A stretch of 37,218 nucleotides of DNA from an uncultured Candidatus Saccharibacteria bacterium (GTDB lineage: Bacteria; Patescibacteriota; UBA1384; XYA2-FULL-43-10): NCBI GenBank assembly GCA_964426805.1, contig CAYRRY010000004.1, forward strand, positions 1 through 37,218, in the 5' to 3' direction. Below the pieces are notes generated by a model. It did no database searches. It was not told where the DNA came from and was given only the letters and a program-made list of their open reading frames with translations. The translations under genes were made by a program, and so were the position numbers. This document shows, piece after piece, positions 17,922 to 26,935 of this stretch. Every line of letters begins with the position of its first letter. Positions within the stretch are counted from its first letter, which is position 1.

Positions 17922-18601
17922 ATTTTCACCCCAGATCCCTTATGGCCGGTTATCTTTCCATCTTTCAAGGTAATGTTGTTTGAAAATCTTTTCGCTAAAT
18001 CATGATCATGGGTTACCACAATCAAAGTTGTCCCAAGTTTTTTATTTATATCAAAAAGAATATTCTCTACATTTTCACCTGTTTTGGAGTCCAGGTTTCC
18101 AGTTGGCTCGTCGGCAAAAAGGATTTTTGGCTCGCCAACTATTGCTCTAGCTATGCATACTCTCTGTCTTTCGCCACCGGAAAGTTCGTTTGTTTTATTT
18201 TTTGCTTTGTCATCTATTTCCAATATTTTTAAAGCTTTTTCAACTTTGTTTCTTCTGTCTCCCTCGCCCCTTATTTCTAGAGGCACCGCAACGCTCTCCA
18301 TTACTGTCTCCTCTTTTTGAAGATAGAAGTCCTGGAAAATAAAACCTACTGAGTAGCTTCTATATTTGTCGATCTCTTTTTGACTTCGAGACCAAAGATC
18401 CCTGCCTTCAACCACTATGGAACCACTCGTGGGTCTGTCTAGGCCTGCTAAGGCATGCATGAGAGTCGACTTACCAGACCCCGACTTTCCGATAACAGCC
18501 AGATCTTCTCCTTCTGAAATAGAAAAAGAAACTTTTTTCAAAGCTTCAAACTTAGTCTTCCCCTTTCCATAAGTTCTGGTGACTTCCTTAATCTGAATCA
18601 T
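17918..18601 (-). CDS. ABC transporter ATP-binding protein (LolD/MacB-like)
   Basis: GKSGSGKST, LSGGERQR, ADEPTGNLD and VTHD motifs; 4-bp overlap with the permease gene. Confidence 0.95.
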   Translation of the reverse strand: MIQIKEVTRTYGKGKTKFEALKKVSFSISEGEDLAVIGKSGSGKSTLMHALAGLDRPTSGSIVVEGRDLWSRSQKEIDKYRSYSVGFIFQDFYLQKEETVMESVAVPLEIRGEGDRRNKVEKALKILEIDDKAKNKTNELSGGERQRVCIARAIVGEPKILFADEPTGNLDSKTGENVENILFDINKKLGTTLIVVTHDHDLAKRFSNNITLKDGKITGHKGSGVKI

Positions 18602-18734
18602 AAAGTTATTGTATCAAGTTTGTTTATACCAATCCACACTATATTAATACAATATCAATTCCTTTTTATTACAAAGTTTTTTGTCTCCACAATATCACTT
18701 CTTAAAAGCCCTCTTTCTGTTTTTTTAAAAAAGG

Positions 18735-19163
18735 TTAAAGAAGCACCGATTCAACCATTACGGCCCACCAAAGAATCAGCCCAATAGTACTAAATGTCAT
18801 CACGGTCTTTTTGACTGAATCATATTCTTCGGTTGCTGGCTTTGCAGTCATAAGCTTTTTTCTAGTAAATAACTTTAGATAAATTGAGTTTAATATTAGT
18901 ACCGCAATAGTCACATATTTCACAGTTAGCATTGTTTGGTCCATAGGCCAAGTTACCAATTGGTTAAGCCATATTCCAGATCCGATAAGTAGGAGCAAGC
19001 CTATAACGATAAACTTTCCGAATACAGGTGCAATTTTTTTGACCAAGAGCTTCAAAGAATCAGTTTTCTTGGCCAAAACCTCAATAATGTAAAGAAAAGT
19101 AACTCCCCCAACACCCAAGGCTATTCCCGCATCATGAAGAAAATTAGCAATTTGCAAATCCAT
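18735..19163 (-). CDS. Hypothetical four-TM membrane protein
   Basis: FLH..GIALGVGG and LLIGSG motifs with four hydrophobic segments; AGAGG SD. Confidence 0.7.
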   Translation of the reverse strand: MDLQIANFLHDAGIALGVGGVTFLYIIEVLAKKTDSLKLLVKKIAPVFGKFIVIGLLLLIGSGIWLNQLVTWPMDQTMLTVKYVTIAVLILNSIYLKLFTRKKLMTAKPATEEYDSVKKTVMTFSTIGLILWWAVMVESVLL

Positions 19164-19196
19164 AATATCCTCTTTCTAGTTAATTATTGTAAATTG

Positions 19197-20015
19197 TCAC
19201 ATACATATTCTTTTTCTCTGGTAAATCTCGCCACTTGCCGGATCAACATATAATACTAGTTCACATGCAAGTGTTGGAACTTCCCACATTAACCCTCTCG
19301 AGTCATATTCATATCCGTATGACTGACTAAAAGAATCATTGTTTTCAAGACGAATAGAACTAATCAGATGCGATGTTTTGTCATTTAAAATATCCAAACC
19401 TTTCACCGAATTAAATACTTCTTGTCGAGTAACCTTAACATCATATTCACGCAGAGGACCATAAACGCTTTCCGGTAAATATCTCCCCTCTCCGTTTGAA
19501 GTCAATCGAAATCTTCCGCTGTTGGCGCCAGTGTCTTCTTCTTTAGCCCTTCCTATGACTTCACTATTTATTTCAACATCATAAGCTAAGAGAATTTCAT
19601 GCTCGGTCTGATGAAAAATAGTGATATTGCCAATATGCTTTTCAATGTATTCAGTCGAAAAGCAACCGGATTGATTAAACCAATACTCTACTGCCTCAAT
19701 TGGGTTACTACCTTCTAATTCTTCTACCACTTTACATGTCCCTGTTGGTGCAGTTTTACTGACGACAGGACTATTTTCAATATCCTCTATTTCGGGGTAT
19801 TTATCATAACAAGGATTGTCATAAAGATGGACATGGGGATATTGTGGTGGGTCTACCTTGAAATAAAATGTATAAATTAGAACACCAGCGGCAATAATGA
19901 CTATCGATAATATCAACCAAATCCACCACCTCTTTTTCTTGGGCGGAGTGTCAAAGCTTTGTGAAATTTGCGAATTAATTTGATCTTCCTCGGAAAATTG
20001 ATCTTGTTGGTCCAT
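19197..20015 (-). CDS. Hypothetical single-pass membrane protein
   Basis: KKKRWW followed by a TM helix; Cys-containing extracellular part ending in PepSY-like YVDPASGEI; AAGGAGG SD. Confidence 0.7.
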   Translation of the reverse strand: MDQQDQFSEEDQINSQISQSFDTPPKKKRWWIWLILSIVIIAAGVLIYTFYFKVDPPQYPHVHLYDNPCYDKYPEIEDIENSPVVSKTAPTGTCKVVEELEGSNPIEAVEYWFNQSGCFSTEYIEKHIGNITIFHQTEHEILLAYDVEINSEVIGRAKEEDTGANSGRFRLTSNGEGRYLPESVYGPLREYDVKVTRQEVFNSVKGLDILNDKTSHLISSIRLENNDSFSQSYGYEYDSRGLMWEVPTLACELVLYVDPASGEIYQRKRICM

Positions 20016-20068
20016 TGCTCCTCCTTGGTTAGCCCTTGTCCGTATTATACCTTTTTTAGCAAAAGAGC

Positions 20069-20096
20069 TAAACGCCTCATACGAGTGAGGCGTTTA
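20069..20096. repeat. REP-like palindrome, copy 1
   Basis: TAAACGCCTCA-TACGAG-TGAGGCGTTTA. The core 24-mer is identical at 30727 and 35934. Confidence 0.85.
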
Positions 20097-20123
20097 AGCT
20101 AGACAGAGCTTTGATACTGAATC

Positions 20124-20152
20124 TTTACATATTCGCTTATTTTTGATAATAT
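20124..20152 (+). promoter_or_regulatory. Putative promoter for the tRNA-Asn remnant / GIY-YIG / tRNA-Asn unit
   Basis: TTTACA, 17 bp, TAATAT with extended -10 TG. The predicted start lies a few nt before the tRNA 5' remnant at 20164. Confidence 0.5.
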
Positions 20153-20163
20153 TTCACTTGTAA

Positions 20164-20234
20164 TCCCCGATAGCTTCCGTCTCGCTTCCGGCGAGCCGAG
20201 ACCTCGGCTTAATTTATTAAGACGGGCAATGGCA
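20164..20234 (+). pseudogene. 5' fragment of tRNA-Asn interrupted by a 51-nt palindromic insert
   Basis: TCCCCGATAGCT[20176-20226]CAATGGCA compared with intact TCCCCGATAGCTCAATTGGCA. Confidence 0.65.
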
Positions 20235-20235
20235 C

Positions 20236-20487
20236 ATGTGGCATATATACATATTGTTAAGTCAAAACTACCCAAAGACTTATGTCGGAATTACTCAAGA
20301 CGTAAACAAACGCTTGTCAGAACACAACAACGGAAGTAATCTGTATTCAAGGAAGTACAAACCTTGGAAAATTCTTCACACCGAGATATGTGAATTAAAA
20401 ACAAGTGCACTTAAGCGTGAAAAATATTTCAAATCTCACGCTGGAAGAAAATATATGAAAAAACATTTGTTTAATAATCCCCGATAG
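20236..20487 (+). CDS. Standalone GIY-YIG nuclease (UPF0213/SLX1-like)
   Basis: HIYIL...YVGIT...RLSEHN...PWK...ALKREKYFK. The stop TAG lies at nt 8-10 of tRNA-Asn. Confidence 0.92.
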   Translation: MWHIYILLSQNYPKTYVGITQDVNKRLSEHNNGSNLYSRKYKPWKILHTEICELKTSALKREKYFKSHAGRKYMKKHLFNNPR

Positions 20488-20553
20488 CTCAATTGGCAGA
20501 GCGCTTCGCTGTTAACGAAGATGTTGCTGGTTCGAGTCCAGCTCGGGGAGCCA
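20478..20553 (+). tRNA. tRNA-Asn (GTT)
   Basis: TCCCCGA acceptor stem, anticodon arm TTCG-CTGTTAA-CGAA, GGTTCGAGTCC T arm, discriminator G and encoded CCA. Confidence 0.96.
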
Positions 20554-20593
20554 AAGAAAAACTGCCACCATATGTGTGGTGGTTTTTCTTTTT
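20554..20593 (+). terminator. Intrinsic terminator after tRNA-Asn
   Basis: AAGAAAAACTGCCAC...GTGGTGGTTTTTCTT hairpin followed by a T run. Confidence 0.65.
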
Positions 20594-20663
20594 CTGTCTT
20601 AACGGCTGGGTAAGAACCGAGGAACTCGAACTAAGTACTTTATTCTGATAATCTGTAATCACC

Positions 20664-21767
20664 ATGAATAGTAAAAATAAAATTGAAGATTTAGGGTATA
20701 CTCCATTTTTCGAAGCTGGTAGAAATCAGCTCGATTTAGGTGATTTTTCGATTGCCAGAGTTATCTCTGAATTCAGAGGGGCCTACAAGGTAAAAAATTT
20801 AGAGGGAGAATGCTTCGCCAAATTAACCGGTAAACAGGCACATGAAGGATCGTCGAGGGAAGACTATCCTGCAGTTGGAGATTGGGTTGCAATCACTGAG
20901 CTCGATATAGGCCTTGCCACGATCCAAGGCGTATTGCCCAGATCAACAGTTATAAAAAGAAAATACGGAGACAAAAATAGACCTGGAAAGAAAGATGGAG
21001 TCCAGATTATCGCCACCAACATCGATGTTGCCTTCATTGTCGAATCGGTAGATCGAGATTACAATTTGAATCGTTTTGAGAGATATTTTGTCATTGTTAA
21101 GGATGGCGGAGTCAAACCGGTGATCATCTTGAACAAAATTGATCTTATTCAAAAAGAAAAGTTGGATGAAATAGTAATTCAGATTAAAAATAGGTTCCCA
21201 GAAGTTAAAATAATTTTAACCAGCGCCGACAATAACGAGGGAATTTCTGAACTTATAAGTTTTATAAGCAAAGGAAAAACATACTGCTTTCTCGGTTCAT
21301 CTGGAGTCGGAAAATCGTCTTTAATCAATAAGCTTCTGGGCGAAGACACAATAAAAACCGGAGATATAAGTTCGTATTCAGACAGAGGGAAACACGTTAC
21401 CACCGGCAGGCAGATGTATTTTTTGGAAAACGGCGGAATTGTAATTGATAATCCGGGAATACGCGAAGTAGGCTTGAGCGATGTTGGCCTGGGAATCGAC
21501 TCCTACTTTGATGAGATCGAAAGCTTGTCTCAAAAATGCAAATTCAATGATTGCACACATACTCATGAAAAAGGCTGTGAAGTTATTGACGCTGTAAAAT
21601 CTGGGAAAATAGATGGGGAGAAATACTCCAGTTATATAGACTTAAGAAAAGAAGCCGAATATTTTGAGATGAATGATGTTGAAAAAAGAAAAAAGAATCG
21701 ACAGGTCGGAAAGTTTATGAAAAATGCGAAGAAAGAGCTGAAAGATCGCAGGCGAAAAAACAGATAG
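20664..21767 (+). CDS. rsgA: Ribosome small subunit-dependent GTPase A
   Basis: OB fold (PAVGDWV), circularly permuted NKID / GSSGVGKSS / DNPG and Zn finger CKFNDCTHTHEKGC. Confidence 0.95.
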   Translation: MNSKNKIEDLGYTPFFEAGRNQLDLGDFSIARVISEFRGAYKVKNLEGECFAKLTGKQAHEGSSREDYPAVGDWVAITELDIGLATIQGVLPRSTVIKRKYGDKNRPGKKDGVQIIATNIDVAFIVESVDRDYNLNRFERYFVIVKDGGVKPVIILNKIDLIQKEKLDEIVIQIKNRFPEVKIILTSADNNEGISELISFISKGKTYCFLGSSGVGKSSLINKLLGEDTIKTGDISSYSDRGKHVTTGRQMYFLENGGIVIDNPGIREVGLSDVGLGIDSYFDEIESLSQKCKFNDCTHTHEKGCEVIDAVKSGKIDGEKYSSYIDLRKEAEYFEMNDVEKRKKNRQVGKFMKNAKKELKDRRRKNR

Positions 21768-21798
21768 CCAAGAATTATAACAAGAAATACGGAGAGAT

Positions 21799-21820
21799 AA
21801 AACCATCGAAAGGTGGTTTT
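21799..21820 (+). terminator. Intrinsic terminator after rsgA
   Basis: AAAACCATC-GAAA-GGTGGTTTT with a GNRA loop. Confidence 0.7.
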
Positions 21821-21891
21821 CTTGACTTTTTGGAATAGATGGGATAACTTATTTCATGCTCGTATGATGTCAAATCTCGACGGAGGACACT

Positions 21892-22152
21892 ATGACAACG
21901 CCGAAAAACAGTGGCTTCAGAATCGACATCGACGAAGAGCTGTGCCCCCATGAGCTTTGGGTTGAGATAGTGAATCTCGGCACAGAACTGGTCCGTACTC
22001 CTGGACAACCCCTGAGGGCAGCAATCGCTGCTGCTTACTGGCGATTAACCGGTGCAAGGGAAAACATCAGCAGAAACTCAGTCATCACTGTGAAAAGTTA
22101 CGACAACGAGTCCTCAGAACCATCAATCAAGATCACCGTCGACCCCGCCTAA
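21892..22152 (+). CDS. Hypothetical 86-aa protein (ORFan)
   Basis: GGAGG SD at 21882; promoter-like TTGACT-17-TAACTT (21822-21850); downstream hairpin at 22168-22208. Confidence 0.65.
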   Translation: MTTPKNSGFRIDIDEELCPHELWVEIVNLGTELVRTPGQPLRAAIAAAYWRLTGARENISRNSVITVKSYDNESSEPSIKITVDPA

Positions 22153-22314
22153 GACGCAAAGCAGAGGGAGAACCGAGCCGTTCGTGCACATGCGCGATCG
22201 GTTTTCTCATTTTTAATATAATATATTATACGATTGATATCAATCCAAATAGTAGCTATAATACAAACTGTAAATTAACTTATTGAGGGGTTCGAGTAAA
22301 ATCGAAAACTACTA

Positions 22315-23676
22315 ATGAGAAATATTAAAACTTTGCTCTACTTTGCACTCGGTTTCATGATGGTTGGAACTCTATTTTTGGTTGTCGGAAACACTTCAGC
22401 TGAGACCCATACTCAAGATAAGGCTTGCTTCAACACCAACACAGGTTATTTTGAGATTCTAAAGAGAAACGGTGACGAATATTACCAACCATTTACTCCG
22501 ACTCAAAATAGACTCGATCAAGTTGTGGTTAAGCTTGCTTCTAATCCAACTGATGACGGTGGTTCTGGCACGGCCTATATGTGGATACGTGACGGCGAGG
22601 AAGTTATCGCTCAGAAAACCATTGATTACGTTGACTTAAAATCTAGCTCTCCCCAATACTTTTATTTCAATAACTGGAATGAAGGCAATGTGATAGAGAT
22701 TACTCCAGGCCACACTTATAATATCCGTATGGGCACAAATCAGCTAGATGGTTTAAACTGGCTTTACTGGTACACCGCAGACACTGGATGCGAAAACGAC
22801 GGCAACGTGGCCTACAGAGATGGAAACCCGACCGAATACTATATGGATTTCCAAACTTGGGGTTGGACTGTTAGTGAACAGGGAGAAGATGAAGGAAGCA
22901 CGCCTGCAGAAGACTCGACAGTCGATCAGAGCTCATCAACTACAGACACAACCCCTGTTGAGACCTTAGGCGAGGAAGACTCCTCTATTGCAAAGCCTTC
23001 CAATCTGTCAGGTGAATACACAGAGCTAGACAACAAGAGGGGCATAAACTTGACTTGGAAAGCCTCGAGCGCTGATAACATCGACGGCTACAAAATATTC
23101 AAATCCGAAGATAAGAGCAAGAACTATAAAAAAATAGCCCAAATAGGAAATAATTATTTGGAATACCTGGATGAAGATATCGAGGCTTCAACTACCTACT
23201 ACTATATAGTACGAGCTTATCTCGGCTCCTCTCAATCAGCTAGCTCCAACATCGCTACGGCTACAACCCCCGAAGATGTAGGCCCCAACAGACCACAGTC
23301 GTTGCGAGTTCTAGATTTTGGAGAAGAGTATATAGAAATCGCTTGGACAAAAAACAGTGAGGAAAATCTGGCTGGGTATAGCCTGATAATAACCGATAAC
23401 AAAGATTTGATTTCTTCTGCAGAGTTATCCAAAGATGACCAAACTTATAAATTTAAGGATCTGGATGCAGGAACAATTTATACCATAACCCTGATTGCTA
23501 AAAATGATAGTGATAAATTCTCCCCTTCGGCATCGATCGTACAGACAACAGCTCTTGAAGATGGAAGCTCCTACGCACTAACTACAGCGGTAATTCTGCT
23601 CGGACTCGGTGGAGTCGGCCTGCTTTTGTTACTAATACTCCTAATTCTTAAGAGGCGCAGAGAAGAACAAGCCTAA
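22315..23676 (+). CDS. Cell-surface protein with two fibronectin type III domains and a C-terminal membrane anchor
   Basis: Signal peptide, acidic S/T linker, FN3 motifs (LTWKAS...GYKIFK...YYYIVRA; IAW...LDAGTIYTITL) and a C-terminal Leu-rich helix followed by KRRR. Confidence 0.85.
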   Translation: MRNIKTLLYFALGFMMVGTLFLVVGNTSAETHTQDKACFNTNTGYFEILKRNGDEYYQPFTPTQNRLDQVVVKLASNPTDDGGSGTAYMWIRDGEEVIAQKTIDYVDLKSSSPQYFYFNNWNEGNVIEITPGHTYNIRMGTNQLDGLNWLYWYTADTGCENDGNVAYRDGNPTEYYMDFQTWGWTVSEQGEDEGSTPAEDSTVDQSSSTTDTTPVETLGEEDSSIAKPSNLSGEYTELDNKRGINLTWKASSADNIDGYKIFKSEDKSKNYKKIAQIGNNYLEYLDEDIEASTTYYYIVRAYLGSSQSASSNIATATTPEDVGPNRPQSLRVLDFGEEYIEIAWTKNSEENLAGYSLIITDNKDLISSAELSKDDQTYKFKDLDAGTIYTITLIAKNDSDKFSPSASIVQTTALEDGSSYALTTAVILLGLGGVGLLLLLILLILKRRREEQA

Positions 23677-23695
23677 GTAAAAACCTAGAACAATT

Positions 23696-23723
23696 AAAAA
23701 ATACCTCAGATGAGGTATTTTTT
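23696..23723. terminator. Bidirectional intrinsic terminator
   Basis: AAAAAATACCTCA-GA-TGAGGTATTTTTT between the convergent FN3 gene and rpoD. Confidence 0.8.
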
Positions 23724-23743
23724 ATATCGAAGTGATCAATATG

Positions 23744-24841
23744 TTATTTCAAGTAATCTAGTAAATCTATCGAGCGATCATGCTTCTTTAGTTTCTGCAG
23801 AGCCTTAGCCTCGATCTGTCTTATTCTCTCACGCGTTACGCCAAACTCCTGACCAACTTCCTCCAAAGTATGCGTCCTACCACTTTCAAGCCCGAAACGC
23901 ATCTTCAAAATCCTCTGCTCCCGAGGCGACAGCTCTGACAAGAATTTATCTATATGAGTTTTCAAAAGCTCATGTACTGCAGCATCTTCCGGTGAAAGGT
24001 TTTTGTCATCTTCTATAAAGTCACCTAGCTTTGAATCCTCTTCCTCGCCCACCGGTGCTTCAAGCGAAACCGTTTCCTGTGAAATTTTTAATATATGTTC
24101 TACTTTATCAAGAGGCAAGCTCATCTCCTGAGCTATCTCCTCCGGTGTCGGCTCGCGTCCCAAGTCCTGAACCAACTGTCTTTGGGTTCGTATCAGTTTA
24201 TTTATTGTCTCTATCATATGTACTGGAATTCGGATGGTTCTTGCTTGGTCAGCTATAGCCCGAGTTATGGCTTGGCGAATCCACCAAGTAGCATAGGTAG
24301 AAAATTTATATCCCTTTTTGTAATCAAACTTCTCAACCGCTCGCATCAGACCGGTATTTCCCTCTTGGATCAGGTCGAGCAGCGACAATCCTCTTCCGAT
24401 ATATTTTTTAGCAATTGATACTACCAAACGCAAGTTGGCCTCGGCTAGTTGCTTTTTAGCAACCAAGTCGCCTTTTTCAATTCTCTTAGCCAAACGAACC
24501 TCATCTTCGGTTTTCAAAAGCGGAATCCGTCCTATCTCTCGCAAGTACATCCGAACAGAATCGTCATCTATCCCCTTCATATTCAGTACATCTTTGTCGC
24601 CGTCTATGGTCTGCTCCAAAATTCCCTTTTTGTCGCCCTCTTGGAACTCGACACCTTTAGAAAAGAGATAATCAAATATCTCGTCAGCAGTTTTTATATC
24701 TTTTTCAGCCTCGGGCATAGTCTGAACTAGCTCGCGTACAGTTATGTAACCGTGAGATTTACCTTTTTCGATTAGAGAATTTATCTCAGGTGAAAACGGT
24801 AACGGATCTTCCTTCACAAGTTGTATTACTTTTTTGGCCAC
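23744..24841 (-). CDS. rpoD: RNA polymerase primary sigma factor
   Basis: [53 protein letters not shown] and [20 protein letters not shown]; downstream of dnaG. Confidence 0.98.
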   Translation of the reverse strand: MAKKVIQLVKEDPLPFSPEINSLIEKGKSHGYITVRELVQTMPEAEKDIKTADEIFDYLFSKGVEFQEGDKKGILEQTIDGDKDVLNMKGIDDDSVRMYLREIGRIPLLKTEDEVRLAKRIEKGDLVAKKQLAEANLRLVVSIAKKYIGRGLSLLDLIQEGNTGLMRAVEKFDYKKGYKFSTYATWWIRQAITRAIADQARTIRIPVHMIETINKLIRTQRQLVQDLGREPTPEEIAQEMSLPLDKVEHILKISQETVSLEAPVGEEEDSKLGDFIEDDKNLSPEDAAVHELLKTHIDKFLSELSPREQRILKMRFGLESGRTHTLEEVGQEFGVTRERIRQIEAKALQKLKKHDRSIDLLDYLK

Positions 24842-24893
24842 AAAATAGTATTTAATATTGGAAACTACTCTTTACAAAGCTAATATTAGCAAA

Positions 24894-26633
24894 TTATTCC
24901 CCTTTTAGCAACTCAGAGAATTCTTTTAAGATAGCCGCAGCCTCTTTTAAATCACCTTTGCTTTCGGCTTCCTTGATTCGATTTGCATATAGCTCCTTTA
25001 TCTTCTCTTTGTTTTTGGTTTTGGTTTTTAAAAGTAGATATTTCAACTCCGAGAACAGATCCTCGTCAGAAGCCTCCGAAAAATCTCTCTCTATAGTTAC
25101 TACAATCTGATTTAAATCATCTTTCCATTTATCAAGAGATTCCTCTTTTTCTATAACCGCTTCCACGATTTTGCTATATTTCTGATCATTCTTGAAGCTC
25201 TCCATTATTTTCAAATCCACCTTAGTTAGTTTTTTTATAAAATCTTTTTTAAAATACAAAAGCCCCAAAATCCTCTCTAGATCAGAAAGCTCCAAAGTTT
25301 TGATTGGTTCTTCTTCACTAGGGTTCTTCTTGCTCTCCTTGGTTTTCTCGAGAGAATCCATCAAGACTTTCTGGGAAACTGCTAATTTCCTAGACAGGTA
25401 ATCTGCATAGTGATCTTTTTCTATGTCTGAGTAGATGTTTTTTATCACCGGCAGTATCTCTTTGGCAATATCTTTCTTGTCAATAACCGAAAGATTTTTT
25501 TTATTCAGAATCAGAAGATCGATCCAATGTTCGAGTGCCGGTTTTGCCTCCTCCACTGCCCGAATCCAGTTTTTTGGGTCCGCTTTTATCGCCTCATCTG
25601 GATCTTTGTAGGCCTTGGGAAGAGAGATTATCCTAACCGAAACATCATTTTCAAGCGCTATAGTGATCGCTCGCTTCATAGCTATCTCACCCGCAATATC
25701 ACTGTCGAAAGAAAAAGCAACGTCTTTCGCATATCGAGTTAATATTTTGAGTTGCTCTACACCGATTGCTGTGCCTGAGGTAGCAACCACGTTTTTAAAC
25801 CCAGCTTGATGGCAAGCTATCACATCCATATTTCCCTCCACCATCACCGCCAAATCCTCCTGTTTTATCTCCATTTTAGCCTTATCTAATCCGTAGAGGA
25901 TCTTCCCCTTATGGTAAATCGGCGAATCCGAAGAGTTTATGTACTTTGCACCAGCTTTCGGGTCTGTGTCTGGTTTCATCGTTCTAGAGGTAAAAGCAAC
26001 AGTATTCCCCATCACATTATTTATCGGAAAAGTAATCCGATCTCGAAAGCGATCATAGAAGCTGTCTCTATTGCCCATAACCGCAATCCCCGCCTTAGCC
26101 ATCTCCGTCTCCTTATAATCCTTTGTTTTAAGAAATTTGATGATAAAATCCCAGGAATCGGGAGCATAACCGATTTGAAACTCTTTTATAGTTTCATCGC
26201 TCATTCCCCTCTTTTTTAAGTATTTCCGAGCCTTGTCGGCTTTCGGGTGATCTAGCAGTATTTTGTGATAAACTTTTTTAGCCCAGTCATTTATCTCAAA
26301 AAGATGAGTTTTCTGGTCTGGTTTGTACTCCTTGCCACCATGCTTTACCGAAGCCGGTTTTAGATCAACTCCGGCCTTGTCAGCTAAAATCTTTAGAGCG
26401 TTATAAAAATCTACTCCCTCTATCTTCTCGATGAAGGTAAAGATATCTCCACCTTCTCCACAACCGAAGCATTTGAAAGATTGCCGTTCCGGTGAAACCA
26501 TGAAAGAGGGCGTCTTTTCGTTGTGAAAAGGACAGTTGCCCTTCATGTTGACACCAGCGCGTTTCAAAGTAAGATAGCTGGAAACTACCTCGACGATATC
26601 CAATCTCTCTTTTATTTGTTCGATTTCATTCAT
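24894..26633 (-). CDS. dnaG: DNA primase
   Basis: CPFHNEKTPSF...CFGC Zn finger, DRFRDRITFPI, KYINS, Toprim VEGNMDV / FDSD and KDPDE motifs. Confidence 0.97.
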   Translation of the reverse strand: MNEIEQIKERLDIVEVVSSYLTLKRAGVNMKGNCPFHNEKTPSFMVSPERQSFKCFGCGEGGDIFTFIEKIEGVDFYNALKILADKAGVDLKPASVKHGGKEYKPDQKTHLFEINDWAKKVYHKILLDHPKADKARKYLKKRGMSDETIKEFQIGYAPDSWDFIIKFLKTKDYKETEMAKAGIAVMGNRDSFYDRFRDRITFPINNVMGNTVAFTSRTMKPDTDPKAGAKYINSSDSPIYHKGKILYGLDKAKMEIKQEDLAVMVEGNMDVIACHQAGFKNVVATSGTAIGVEQLKILTRYAKDVAFSFDSDIAGEIAMKRAITIALENDVSVRIISLPKAYKDPDEAIKADPKNWIRAVEEAKPALEHWIDLLILNKKNLSVIDKKDIAKEILPVIKNIYSDIEKDHYADYLSRKLAVSQKVLMDSLEKTKESKKNPSEEEPIKTLELSDLERILGLLYFKKDFIKKLTKVDLKIMESFKNDQKYSKIVEAVIEKEESLDKWKDDLNQIVVTIERDFSEASDEDLFSELKYLLLKTKTKNKEKIKELYANRIKEAESKGDLKEAAAILKEFSELLKGE

Positions 26634-26654
26634 AGGTAGTATTAATATATCACA

Positions 26655-26686
26655 AAAATTGAACCGCGCTACGGCGGTTCAATTTT
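26655..26686 (-). terminator. Intrinsic terminator
   Basis: AAAATTGAACCGC-GCTACG-GCGGTTCAATTTT downstream of the small membrane gene. Confidence 0.8.
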
Positions 26687-26708
26687 ATCTGACAATCTGA
26701 GAACTTTT

Positions 26709-26870
26709 CTACTTGTCTGTAGCGCCTACATAGATACCGACAAGACCAACTACAATCTTTACGATTGCATGCCAGGCTGGCTCAGTAGCCATCTCCCAGG
26801 CTGGTATCAAACCTGCGATACCCATTAGCAGAACCAAAACACCGATGATGATAAGTACTGTCTTTGACAT
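26709..26870 (-). CDS. Small two-TM membrane protein, 53 aa (not in ORF track)
   Basis: MSKTVLIIIGVLVLLMGIAGLIPAWEMATEPAWHAIVKIVVGLVGIYVGATDK; perfect GGGAGGT SD and its own terminator. Confidence 0.8.
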   Translation of the reverse strand: MSKTVLIIIGVLVLLMGIAGLIPAWEMATEPAWHAIVKIVVGLVGIYVGATDK

Positions 26871-26935
26871 CTTACCTCCCCGATTAATAATTTATTCACT
26901 AATAGCTTATGAATTATGATGATATTTGTCAATAT

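Larger units (their letters stand above)
20161..20489 (+). mobile_element. Putative tRNA-Asn-targeted GIY-YIG mini-element bounded by 15-bp direct repeats
   Basis: TAATCCCCGATAGCT at 20161-20175 and 20475-20489 (tRNA 5' end) brackets one GIY-YIG ORF. Mobility is inferred, not shown. Confidence 0.55.

Noticed and set aside
23696..23723. Fourth copy of the REP-like palindrome (shares CCTCA/TGAGG)
   Set aside because: Different arms and loop with A/T tails on both sides; adequately explained as a bidirectional terminator.
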